Of a stretch of 64,000 nt of DNA, positions 48,304-56,914 are shown piece by piece. Numbering within the stretch: position 1 is the stretch's first letter; each line of letters opens with the position of its first letter. The position numbers were made by a program, and so were the translations under genes. The notes below the pieces were generated by a model, which saw nothing but the letters and a program-made list of their open reading frames with translations, did no database searches and was not told the origin of the DNA. The DNA is from Desulfuromusa sp. (GTDB lineage: Bacteria > Desulfobacterota > Desulfuromonadia > Desulfuromonadales > Geopsychrobacteraceae), in assembly GCA_021647765.1 (NCBI GenBank), contig JAKIUD010000005.1, forward strand, positions 4,173-68,172, in the 5' to 3' direction.

Positions 48304-48555
48304 TTACTGAGCTTTAAAAGGTTACGCAAAAGACTCTCTATTTTCAAACTTGCCGCAAAAAATAATTGCTCTTCATTCTCAGAAGCCATCATCAAATTTT
48401 CTTATTGTCACCATGACAGTACAAAACAAGCACTAATCCAAAAATTAAAAAGATTCTTTCCTGAATGATTTCAAGTGCTCCCCCTGATAGAGCTAATATC
48501 CTGGATTAGCAGAATCTAAGTACCTAATAAATATAGAATTTTCCCTGTAATTCAA

Positions 48556-48584
48556 TTGACAGAGGATAAAATTATCTATATAAA
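48556..48584 (+). promoter_or_regulatory. sigma70-type promoter for the bax-like gene
   Basis: TTGACA-N17-TATAAA, 50 nt upstream of the ATG. Confidence 0.5.
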
Positions 48585-48634
48585 GGCCGCTGTCTAATTT
48601 TACTAGCAAGAGAAATTGATACACGAGTGAGCTT

Positions 48635-49528
48635 ATGAATATTTCAAACGTAATATTTTCGTTATTTTTTGGACTCTGCCTGCTACTGGTGAGCTATTCC
48701 AACAGCAACGCTCCCGTCTATCAGGGACCAGACATTCAAATCATTGGACAAGCCTTCTACAAAGATCTTGAAGCTGAGTTTCAAAGGTATAGTTACCAGA
48801 TTGATGCTCTGGAGAATGGAGTTCCTCCACTGATTCTGGAAAATCTTCCCGGGGATCTGAATAAAATCACATCCACTAAACAACGTAAATCTATATTTTT
48901 TAAGTCCTTGCTCCCAATGATTCTATTGGCCAATGACGAAATTCGCGTTGAGCGGAAACAATTACTGAAAGTTAATCAGCAACTTTCAGACAAAAAAGTT
49001 TTAAATGACCAGCAGTTACAAATATTATTAACCCTATCTCAACGCTACAATGTCAAATCAAATAAAACTCAGCCAGAAAAAGTAGTTCATAAACTGCTGA
49101 ATCGGATCGATATTATTCCTGCAGATTTAGCTCTAGCTCAAGCAGCCAACGAATCCGCTTGGGGCACATCGCGTTTTTCACGCATGGCTAATAATTTATT
49201 CGGAGAGTGGACTTTTGTTCAAGGGCAAGGGATCATTCCCAAAGGTCGACCTGCAGGGGCAACTTACGAAGTACAAAAGTTTTCTACCGTCTACGATTCG
49301 GTACGATCCTATTTACACAATCTAAACACCCATTCTGCCTATAAACAGCTACGGCAGCTGCGAGCAGAAAGTAGGGCTTATGGACAGAGACCAAAAGGAC
49401 TCAAGTTAGCAGAAGGACTCCTCCGTTATTCAACTCGCGGGGAGGACTATGTTAAAGAGTTACAAGCGATGATTCGGACAAACCAACTCAATCGCTTTGC
49501 CAATGCTAAACTACGCACCAGCAGTTAA
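48635..49528 (+). CDS. Bax-like glucosaminidase-domain protein
   Basis: LALAQAANESAWGTSRFSRMANNLFGEW is a mannosyl-glycoprotein endo-beta-N-acetylglucosaminidase-type motif; signal peptide present. Confidence 0.8.
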   Translation: MNISNVIFSLFFGLCLLLVSYSNSNAPVYQGPDIQIIGQAFYKDLEAEFQRYSYQIDALENGVPPLILENLPGDLNKITSTKQRKSIFFKSLLPMILLANDEIRVERKQLLKVNQQLSDKKVLNDQQLQILLTLSQRYNVKSNKTQPEKVVHKLLNRIDIIPADLALAQAANESAWGTSRFSRMANNLFGEWTFVQGQGIIPKGRPAGATYEVQKFSTVYDSVRSYLHNLNTHSAYKQLRQLRAESRAYGQRPKGLKLAEGLLRYSTRGEDYVKELQAMIRTNQLNRFANAKLRTSS

Positions 49529-49539
49529 GGGATCAAAAA

Positions 49540-49622
49540 GTCCAGAGGTTTACGAATCCACGAAGAACGGTGGCGGTTCGCACCGCAAAAACCTAGGACG
49601 GCTACGGTTTTGCTGCCATCTT
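49540..49622 (-). repeat. family-B dispersed repeat, third copy
   Basis: The minus strand reads AAGATGGCAGCAAAACCGTAGCCGTCCTAGGTTTTTGCGGTGCGAACCGCCACCGTTCTTCGTGGATTCGTAAACCTCTGGAC. It aligns with both arms of the 43.9-44.6 kb unit and shares GTTCTTCGTGG exactly with the left arm. Confidence 0.65.
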
Positions 49623-49651
49623 AGCACCATTTGTTTGTTTTTCCCTCAAAA

Positions 49652-50704
49652 TCACTCCCCATTTTTTGCCGGACTTTTAGCATTTATCCACGGATGACTA
49701 TACCAGAGCCAGTTCCCCTTCCTCGATTGCAATGTCAAGGTATATTTGTTGCGCCGCCCGGTCAGAGGCTGTTCTGCAGCTACTTGATACCACCCGGAAC
49801 CTCTAGCTGTATCAGCTTCTACCCAACACCGGTTTTCTCCCTGGACAAAGCAATTAAACCGCCTCGGATCAATTGGTTCTCCTGCAATATACACATGTAA
49901 AACGGGTGGATTCTCCTCGATGACGGGATCAAAAGAAACCTCTTTTGCCACTTGTAATGGTTCCATTGTTAATTTACTTACAAATCCGGCAAGAGTTGCG
50001 AACGCCCCTCCCATTGGAAAACGGGGTAGATTATAACGATTATGATCTGGATAAATCACCCCTGACTGTTGAGCAAAAGCGACCTTAAACCCAAGGTTCT
50101 TAATAACCTCAACGACAGCAGCAGAATACTCTCCATAGGGGTAGGCAAAAAGAGTTGGTCTGAAACCTAAATATTTTTCAAATTGCTGCTGAGCCTTTTC
50201 GACATCATTTTCAATGCGTTTTTTCCATTGTACATAAATTTCATCAGCATTCAGCTCAATCAGATAAGCGTGAGTGTCGGTATGATTGCCAATTTCAACC
50301 CCTTCTGCAACCAATTCCCTGAGTTCTTGCCAGGTCAGATAACCGGTGGTTCCAACTGCTGCAGTATTAACGAACAGAGTCAGTGGGATTTTATATTTCC
50401 GAATGATCGGCATACCGACATCATAAAGGGAACGGAACGCATCATCGACACAGAAAGAAACCGCTCGAGCAGGAAGATCTTCGTTCTGATTAAGTCGCCT
50501 TGCGACCTCGCCGAGAGAGATAATATCGAGTCCCTGCTCTGTGACATATTCAAGTTGTTGGGTAAAAATATCGGCAGATATGTTGGTTGATGGATAGCGG
50601 CTCTCGCCAAAGCGGTGATAAATGAAAGCATTGACTTGTCCAGCATAACTTTGAGAAACAAATAAACACAAAATTAGTTCAAATAAAATTAGAAACTTAA
50701 ACAT
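49652..50704 (-). CDS. polysaccharide deacetylase family protein
   Basis: NodB-type motifs (FCVDDAF, GNHTDTH); signal peptide. Confidence 0.85.
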   Translation of the reverse strand: MFKFLILFELILCLFVSQSYAGQVNAFIYHRFGESRYPSTNISADIFTQQLEYVTEQGLDIISLGEVARRLNQNEDLPARAVSFCVDDAFRSLYDVGMPIIRKYKIPLTLFVNTAAVGTTGYLTWQELRELVAEGVEIGNHTDTHAYLIELNADEIYVQWKKRIENDVEKAQQQFEKYLGFRPTLFAYPYGEYSAAVVEVIKNLGFKVAFAQQSGVIYPDHNRYNLPRFPMGGAFATLAGFVSKLTMEPLQVAKEVSFDPVIEENPPVLHVYIAGEPIDPRRFNCFVQGENRCWVEADTARGSGWYQVAAEQPLTGRRNKYTLTLQSRKGNWLWYSHPWINAKSPAKNGE

Positions 50705-50723
50705 AGATTTTTCCAGTATCTCA

Positions 50724-52154
50724 TCAAGTAGCTCTTATTTTGTTACGCAGATAGCGGCGGATACTGTTTCGAGCCCGCGGAGTCACAGCCCATTCCAGCC
50801 ATTTAGGGAGAACTTCAGGTTTTTCTGAAGTTTCGACAACGATTTGATCTCCGTCCAACAAACGAGTTTTCAATTGCCGGGTGCGACCATTAATCACACC
50901 ACGGCGGGCATGCAGGCCAAGGGAATCATGAATTTCAAAAGCAAAGTCAAGGATACTGCTTCCTTCAGGCAGGATCTGGATATCTCCCTGCGGGGTATAA
51001 ACCTGAATCGTTGCTGAAGCCAGACGCAAGGAATCAGTATCAAAAGCCGACTCTCCCTCCATTAACGATTTGATCAGATCACGAAAGTTTTCATGCCTGA
51101 ACTTGAACCCCGGTGCCAGGACACCTGATTCATTCAAACGGTGCAGTTTTCTGGTTGTGATTTCAACCCGCACCCGCAACTCGCCAGCTTGAACGGTTGT
51201 TTTGAGTGCTTGATAGCCGAATTGAGAAGTCAAATTCAAATGATCGCGTAATTTTCCAGGAATTGGGGGAAATAAACCGTGCAAAATACCAAGAAACAGG
51301 TAAGCATCCATCGTTCTGGAAACTTGAACCTCCAGCGTATAGAGAGAGGCAAAACCACGCTGCCTGGCACGAGCTGAAACAATCGAAAAAGGGCGCCAGC
51401 GATTTTTCAAAAGAACCTCAAGCTTCTGTTGCTCGCAAGTATTGATGATACGAGCTCGAACCTTGCGCAAAAAGTCTGCATGGAGATTTTTCTGTGTTGC
51501 AATTGCTTGCCTGTAAACTTCAGCGCGGCGCGGATACAGGAGAGAATATGAAAGAGACTCTAACTGGGTTGCCACGTAACCCATCCCGAGATGTTGTGCT
51601 AGCGGCACGTAAACCATGCGCGTTTCTTCAGCAATCAATTTTTGTTTATGGAGCGGCAAGGCATCAATCGTCAGTAAATTATCAATCCGATCCCAAAATT
51701 TAAGACACAGAACCCGAATGTCATCAATGGCAACCAACAAAGTTTTTTTGTATGTTTCCTTTTTCAGGTCATCCCGACTCATGATTTCAGATGTCACCTT
51801 GGTCAAACCATCAACCAGATGGGCAACTTCGTCACCATATTTTTCACGTACATCCTCTAGCGTGACCGGAGTATCTTCGACCACATCATGCAATAAGGCA
51901 GCAATGATCGAGGGAAAATCCATCCAATGGCGTGCGGCTAAATGGGTCACCCGCAACGGGTGAAAAATATAAGGCTCACCCGATTTACGCAGCTGTCCCT
52001 GATGTGAACTACGCGCATGATTAAGAGCCTGTTCAACCCGGTCTATCTCATAATCAAGTTCATCTTCAGAGAGTTCAGCACCATAATGGGTGACCAACAA
52101 TTCCATAATGTCGGTCATTAAGCGCTGTTCTGTACGGTTATCAAAAACGACCAT
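50724..52154 (-). CDS. short RelA/SpoT-homologue: HD hydrolase, diverged synthetase-like region, TGS
   Basis: HD motifs (FHPLRV...LHDVVEDT) and a C-terminal TGS (IQVYTPQGDIQILPEGSSILDFAF). The middle region keeps the RSH layout, but the canonical GRxK / D / EVQIRT positions read NRWR / T / RVEITT. Confidence 0.8.
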   Translation of the reverse strand: MVVFDNRTEQRLMTDIMELLVTHYGAELSEDELDYEIDRVEQALNHARSSHQGQLRKSGEPYIFHPLRVTHLAARHWMDFPSIIAALLHDVVEDTPVTLEDVREKYGDEVAHLVDGLTKVTSEIMSRDDLKKETYKKTLLVAIDDIRVLCLKFWDRIDNLLTIDALPLHKQKLIAEETRMVYVPLAQHLGMGYVATQLESLSYSLLYPRRAEVYRQAIATQKNLHADFLRKVRARIINTCEQQKLEVLLKNRWRPFSIVSARARQRGFASLYTLEVQVSRTMDAYLFLGILHGLFPPIPGKLRDHLNLTSQFGYQALKTTVQAGELRVRVEITTRKLHRLNESGVLAPGFKFRHENFRDLIKSLMEGESAFDTDSLRLASATIQVYTPQGDIQILPEGSSILDFAFEIHDSLGLHARRGVINGRTRQLKTRLLDGDQIVVETSEKPEVLPKWLEWAVTPRARNSIRRYLRNKIRAT

Positions 52155-52177
52155 AAAACCTTCTTAAAGGAGCCCGG

Positions 52178-52525
52178 CTAACCAGGAGGCCAGGTCATAT
52201 CACGACCACCCAGAAGGTGAAAATGGAGATGCCAGACCATTTGTCCTCCAGCGTCATTGCAATTATTGACCACCCGAAACCCATCTTCAGCAAAACCAAA
52301 ATCACGTGCCATTTTTCCAGCAATTTGATAAATATGACCAACCAGCTCATTATCAGCTGAGGTCAGATCCAGAGTTGTCATGATATGTTTTTTCGGCACA
52401 ATCAGTAAATGCTCTGGAGCTTGGGGGTCAATATCCTCAAAAACTACCAGTTGAGAATCCTCATAGCGGATTGTTGCCGGAATTTCACCTGCAATAATTT
52501 TACAAAACAAGCAATCAGAAACCAT
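52178..52525 (-). CDS. HIT family (HinT-like) nucleotide hydrolase
   Basis: CLFCKII...HLHFHLLGG histidine triad. Confidence 0.92.
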   Translation of the reverse strand: MVSDCLFCKIIAGEIPATIRYEDSQLVVFEDIDPQAPEHLLIVPKKHIMTTLDLTSADNELVGHIYQIAGKMARDFGFAEDGFRVVNNCNDAGGQMVWHLHFHLLGGRDMTWPPG

Positions 52526-52610
52526 TCTTATCTCCTCACGCTGAATATAGGCGAAGTGAAAATACTAGCAAAATATCCAACCAATATCTAATTGAAAGAC
52601 CTGTTTTAAA

Positions 52611-53348
52611 TTATTTTCTATTTTTTTGCAGATAAAGAAGAAATTCGCGATTTCCTTTTGGCCCTAAAATTGGACTTTCCACAACACCAAGAACCAGACA
52701 ATTCAGTTCAATTGCCAAGTTACAGATTTGTTCTACAACCAAATTGTGTTGTTCCCGATCTTTAACCACACCACCTTTTCCAACCTGCCCTTTTCCAACT
52801 TCAAATTGAGGTTTAATCAAGGCAATGATTTCAGCCTTATCACTCAGGAGGCAAAGGGTATTTGGCAAAACTTTAGTTAAGGAAATGAAAGATGCATCGA
52901 TAACAGCTAAAGTAGGAGTATCATCAAGTTGGTCAGGTTGAAGATGTCTGATATTGCAGCGTTCTAAATTCACAACCCGCAAATCTTCACGAAGAGTCCA
53001 AGCTAACTGTCCATAACCAACATCAACTGCATAGATTTTTTTAGCTCCATGTTGCAGTAAACAATCACTGAATCCACCCGTTGAAGCACCGACATCAATA
53101 GCTATCTTATCCTTTATTTCAAGGTTAAATTCCTGAATCGCCTTTTCAAGTTTTAATCCACCCCGTGAAACATAAGGGATATCTTCACCTTTTAGGCGTA
53201 GATCTGCATCTAGCAGAACCCGCGCACCGGCTTTATCCACTCGATGATCATCAACAATAACCTTACCGGCCAGAATTAAAGCTCGAGCACGTTCACGCGA
53301 AATAACCATTCCCCGCTGCACAAGTAATTTATCCAAACGTTCTTTCAT
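52611..53348 (-). CDS. tlyA: TlyA family rRNA (cytidine-2'-O)-methyltransferase
   Basis: S4 domain (MKERLDKLLVQRG) followed by an FtsJ-type fold (DVGASTGGFSD). I moved the start to M18 of the track ORF. Confidence 0.9.
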   Translation of the reverse strand: MKERLDKLLVQRGMVISRERARALILAGKVIVDDHRVDKAGARVLLDADLRLKGEDIPYVSRGGLKLEKAIQEFNLEIKDKIAIDVGASTGGFSDCLLQHGAKKIYAVDVGYGQLAWTLREDLRVVNLERCNIRHLQPDQLDDTPTLAVIDASFISLTKVLPNTLCLLSDKAEIIALIKPQFEVGKGQVGKGGVVKDREQHNLVVEQICNLAIELNCLVLGVVESPILGPKGNREFLLYLQKNRK

Positions 53349-53480
53349 GATGATCTCGCAAAAAGCTTGAAGCTGATACTGATCATAACAGTGCTGCAAA
53401 TAAAAAGGGAGGCAAAATGCCTCCCTGAAATATGCGGTTAAACTTGCCAGTTTTGCATGGAATCTGTTTTCTGTTGGTCG

Positions 53481-54341
53481 CTAACCGATAAAGAAATCAC
53501 GATTTTCGTTAAAAACTTCTTCCACCTCAATTAGCGCATTCTGAACATCAGCTTCATCCAGTTCAAGAGTTTTTGCACCAGGACATTTTAACAGATCCAG
53601 TTCCTCATCGGGTTCACGTTGACCAATTCCCAATTTCCGACAAACATGCCCTGCCAGATTGACCGTTGCGGTCAAACGTAACAAAGCCTCGGCATTCTCT
53701 TCTTCCTCAAGAGAGATGAGCAAATCTTCATGATGCATGGTTGACATCACCAAAGAACGGGCAAAGTGCCATTTATCCAGAACAGCAGCGCCTACAACTG
53801 CATGAGCATAGGGGAAAAAACGCCCTTCCAATTCTGAAGTACTGGCTCCGTCCGAATAGGCCATCTCGACCAGAGAACGATAAGCATCGGGATCGCTGTA
53901 ATTCATAACAATCTTGCCAAGATGGCGAAACAGTCCGGCAAGAAAAGCCTCTTCAGGATCAGCAGAAGCAAACTTACGGGCAAGAATTCGACAACCAATC
54001 GCACAGCCCATGGAATCTTCCCAGAGCATTTTTTCCAGCAGCCCGTAAGATTTGTTCATCCCCTCCAGGCTGGCCGCTAAAACCAGGCTACGGAGAGTCC
54101 GTTCACCAACAATTGCAATAGCATGATCAAGAGTTTTTATCTGCCGCTTCATACTATAAAAAGCTGAATTGGCAACTTTCAGCATCCGGGCTGACACAGC
54201 TGGATCGCTGGAGATGGCATCCCCAAGCTTTTCATATTTAACATTTGGATCATTCAGCAACTCAAGAACTTTAACAGCAACCGCTGGCATCGGTGGCAGA
54301 TCTCGAATTGTACTAACAACAGTCTTGAAATCGGTCGTCAT
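53481..54341 (-). CDS. HDOD domain-containing protein
   Basis: LPPMPAVAVKVLELLNDPN...LGDAISSDPAVSARMLKVANSAFY. Confidence 0.88.
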   Translation of the reverse strand: MTTDFKTVVSTIRDLPPMPAVAVKVLELLNDPNVKYEKLGDAISSDPAVSARMLKVANSAFYSMKRQIKTLDHAIAIVGERTLRSLVLAASLEGMNKSYGLLEKMLWEDSMGCAIGCRILARKFASADPEEAFLAGLFRHLGKIVMNYSDPDAYRSLVEMAYSDGASTSELEGRFFPYAHAVVGAAVLDKWHFARSLVMSTMHHEDLLISLEEEENAEALLRLTATVNLAGHVCRKLGIGQREPDEELDLLKCPGAKTLELDEADVQNALIEVEEVFNENRDFFIG

Positions 54342-54416
54342 GGATCGCTCCTTAGCATTATTTTATAATAATTAATCTATCATAACAAATTTAAACTAAG
54401 GAATCATGTAAAAAAT

Positions 54417-55238
54417 TCAATCTATGAATAAATCAGGAAACAGCTGTTGACCTGCGACAACGGCATAAGGGGAAAAATCGGTAATTCCCTCTTCAGCCAG
54501 CACCTCTTCATCGATATAAAAATGTCCTGAGCAGGCACGACTATCACGGCGGAGGATGGCACATGCAGCATCTGCCATAATTTCCGGGGTGCGGCAATTA
54601 TCTGGACTGACCAAACCACCAAGCATTGCCAAAGCCGCAGTATGAATAACCGTTTGCGGCCAGAGGGCATTCACTGCAATCCCTTGTGCGGAAAACTCTG
54701 CAGCCAGCCCTAAAACCGTCATACTCATGCCATATTTTGCCATAGTATAAGCAGTATGATTTTTAAACCAGTGTGGTTTTAGATTTAAGGGGGGAGAAAA
54801 AGTTAGAATATGGGGGTTTTTAGCCTTCAAGAGATAAGGAAGGCACACTTTACTTGCCAGAAAAGTCCCGCGAACATTCACCTGATTCATTAAATCAAAG
54901 CGTTTCATAGAAGTTTCAAGGGTACCGGCTAAAAAAATAGCACTGGCATTATTAATCAGAATATCAATTCCACCAAACGTTTCCTCTGCCTTTTCCACCG
55001 CCGCAACTAATTGAGATTCTTCACGGATATCAACAGCAAGGGGGAGAGCTTTCCCTCCCGCCTTTTCAATTGCTTCTGCAGCAGAATAAATAGTTCCGGG
55101 AAGCTTGGGATTGGGCTCAGCCGTTTTTGCGGCAACAACAATATTTGCTCCATCAGTGGCCGCCTTAAGAGCAACAGCCAAACCGATCCCTCGACTTGCC
55201 CCGGTAATAAACAAGGTTTTGCCTTTTAAACTGACCAT
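54417..55238 (-). CDS. SDR family oxidoreductase (HSDL2-like)
   Basis: TGASRGIG, NNAS, YTMAK motifs. Confidence 0.85.
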   Translation of the reverse strand: MVSLKGKTLFITGASRGIGLAVALKAATDGANIVVAAKTAEPNPKLPGTIYSAAEAIEKAGGKALPLAVDIREESQLVAAVEKAEETFGGIDILINNASAIFLAGTLETSMKRFDLMNQVNVRGTFLASKVCLPYLLKAKNPHILTFSPPLNLKPHWFKNHTAYTMAKYGMSMTVLGLAAEFSAQGIAVNALWPQTVIHTAALAMLGGLVSPDNCRTPEIMADAACAILRRDSRACSGHFYIDEEVLAEEGITDFSPYAVVAGQQLFPDLFID

Positions 55239-55258
55239 TTAAACAATCTCCTACAGCA

Positions 55259-56050
55259 TTAATCACCATCTAACATGCGCCCGAGACCACCGAGTAATGA
55301 GCCTTCACCTTTTTGTGAACCTCCAGCCCTGGGGGCATGGGCAATAATACGGTCAGCCAGACGACTAAACGGTAAACTTTGTAGCCACACCCGGCCAGTA
55401 CCACGAAGTGTCGCCAGGAACATTCCTTCACCACCAAAAAACATACTTTTCAAATTCCCGGCACGCTCGATATTATAGTCAACTCTCGGCTCAAAAGCGA
55501 CCAGACAGCCCGTATCAACACGCAGCGTTTCACCCTGTAGCTGCTTCTCAATAATGGTTCCACAAGCGTGCATAAAAACCATACCATCGCCAGACAAATG
55601 TTGTAAAATGAAGCCTTCTCCACCAAAAAAACCAGTTCCAAGACGGCGCTGAAAAGCAATTCCTATCTGTGTTCCGTAGGCAGCGCATAAAAACGAATCC
55701 TTTTGGCAAAGAACTTCTCCTCCGGGAACACTTGTAAGATCTAAAGGAATAATTTTTCCTGGATACGGTGCCGCAAAGGCCACATGTGACTTTCCACGTC
55801 CCTGATGAGTGAAATGGGTCAAGAAAATCGATTCACCCGTCAACACACGTTTTCCAGCGCCCAACAGTTTACCAAACAGTCCCTGTTCTGGCTCTGAACC
55901 ATCACCCATGCGAGCTTCAAAACTGATCCCATCCTCCATATAAGTCATAGCACCAGCTTCTGCAACAACAGTTTCCCCAGGATCAAGTTCAACCTGAACC
56001 ATCTGCATATCATCACCAATGATTTTATAATCAACTTCATGACAGCGCAT
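55259..56050 (-). CDS. TIGR00266 / AIM24 (DUF124) family protein
   Basis: [39 protein letters not shown] moved the start to the ATG behind GGAGGA. Confidence 0.85.
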   Translation of the reverse strand: MRCHEVDYKIIGDDMQMVQVELDPGETVVAEAGAMTYMEDGISFEARMGDGSEPEQGLFGKLLGAGKRVLTGESIFLTHFTHQGRGKSHVAFAAPYPGKIIPLDLTSVPGGEVLCQKDSFLCAAYGTQIGIAFQRRLGTGFFGGEGFILQHLSGDGMVFMHACGTIIEKQLQGETLRVDTGCLVAFEPRVDYNIERAGNLKSMFFGGEGMFLATLRGTGRVWLQSLPFSRLADRIIAHAPRAGGSQKGEGSLLGGLGRMLDGD

Positions 56051-56114
56051 ATATTCCTCCATTTAAGAAGTGTTATTTGTTTTACTGATGAGCACCAATC
56101 TTCCGCTACACCCT

Positions 56115-56194
56115 AAAAAGTCGTCACTCTCGCGAAGGCGGGAGTCCAGGAACCTGAGCAAAATTTCTGGATACCCGCCTTCGCGAGTATGACG
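56115..56194. repeat. family-A palindromic intergenic repeat, copy 3
   Basis: CGTCACTCTCGCGAAGGCGGGAGTCCAG...CTGGATACCCGCCTTCGCGAGTATGACG; the arms match at about 25 of 28 positions as an inverted repeat. Confidence 0.8.
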
Positions 56195-56233
56195 TACGCA
56201 ATGTGCATAATCAAAGCTGAAGATCAGTACTAA

Positions 56234-56911
56234 TCAGGTTTTTTTTTGCATCTCGTTTTTCTGATAATCAAAAGCAGTACAAAAATGAGCTATAAAACGT
56301 TTTTTGGCTTCTACCATATTTACAGTATGATCCAGCTCTCGACTCAAAGAAGTGACCACTTCATTTGGCCGGCCACAAGGGACAATCAGGGCAAAAGATT
56401 CCAGGGAATTATTTAAATTCAGGGCAATTCCGTGTGAAGAAACCCATTTTTTGAGCGCAATACCGAAGCTACAGATTTTTTGTCCTTCAACCCAGACTCC
56501 AGGCTCCCCATCCTTCAAATAACCCACGACGTTGTAGTCAGCTAACAAACTTATCACAACATTCAAAAATTGATTAGCAAACCAGCGCAAATCCCTTTTC
56601 TTTAACTGAATAATGGGATAGACAACCAGTTGTCCAGGTTCATGAGCCGTTGCCAAACCACCCCGATTTATTTTTTGCACAGTGATTCCGCGTGCAGAAA
56701 ATATCTTTTCTGGATAATGCAAATCTGCCTGAGTAGCACGTCGACCAAGAGTGACCGTATTCGGATGTTCCACAAAAACCAGGGTATCGGCTCCCTTGCC
56801 AGAAACTCTTGCTTGAACCATTTCGGCCTGACGGTCAAAAGCCAGCTGATAATCGGTTAATCCCCAATCTTCAACCTTAAGAGGAGTACTGTTTTGCTTA
56901 ATTATGCTCAT
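56234..56911 (-). CDS. lipB: lipoyl(octanoyl) transferase
   Basis: VEHPNTVTLGRR...KINRGGLATAHEPGQLVVYP...KICSFGI. Confidence 0.92.
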   Translation of the reverse strand: MSIIKQNSTPLKVEDWGLTDYQLAFDRQAEMVQARVSGKGADTLVFVEHPNTVTLGRRATQADLHYPEKIFSARGITVQKINRGGLATAHEPGQLVVYPIIQLKKRDLRWFANQFLNVVISLLADYNVVGYLKDGEPGVWVEGQKICSFGIALKKWVSSHGIALNLNNSLESFALIVPCGRPNEVVTSLSRELDHTVNMVEAKKRFIAHFCTAFDYQKNEMQKKT

Positions 56912-56914
56912 TAA

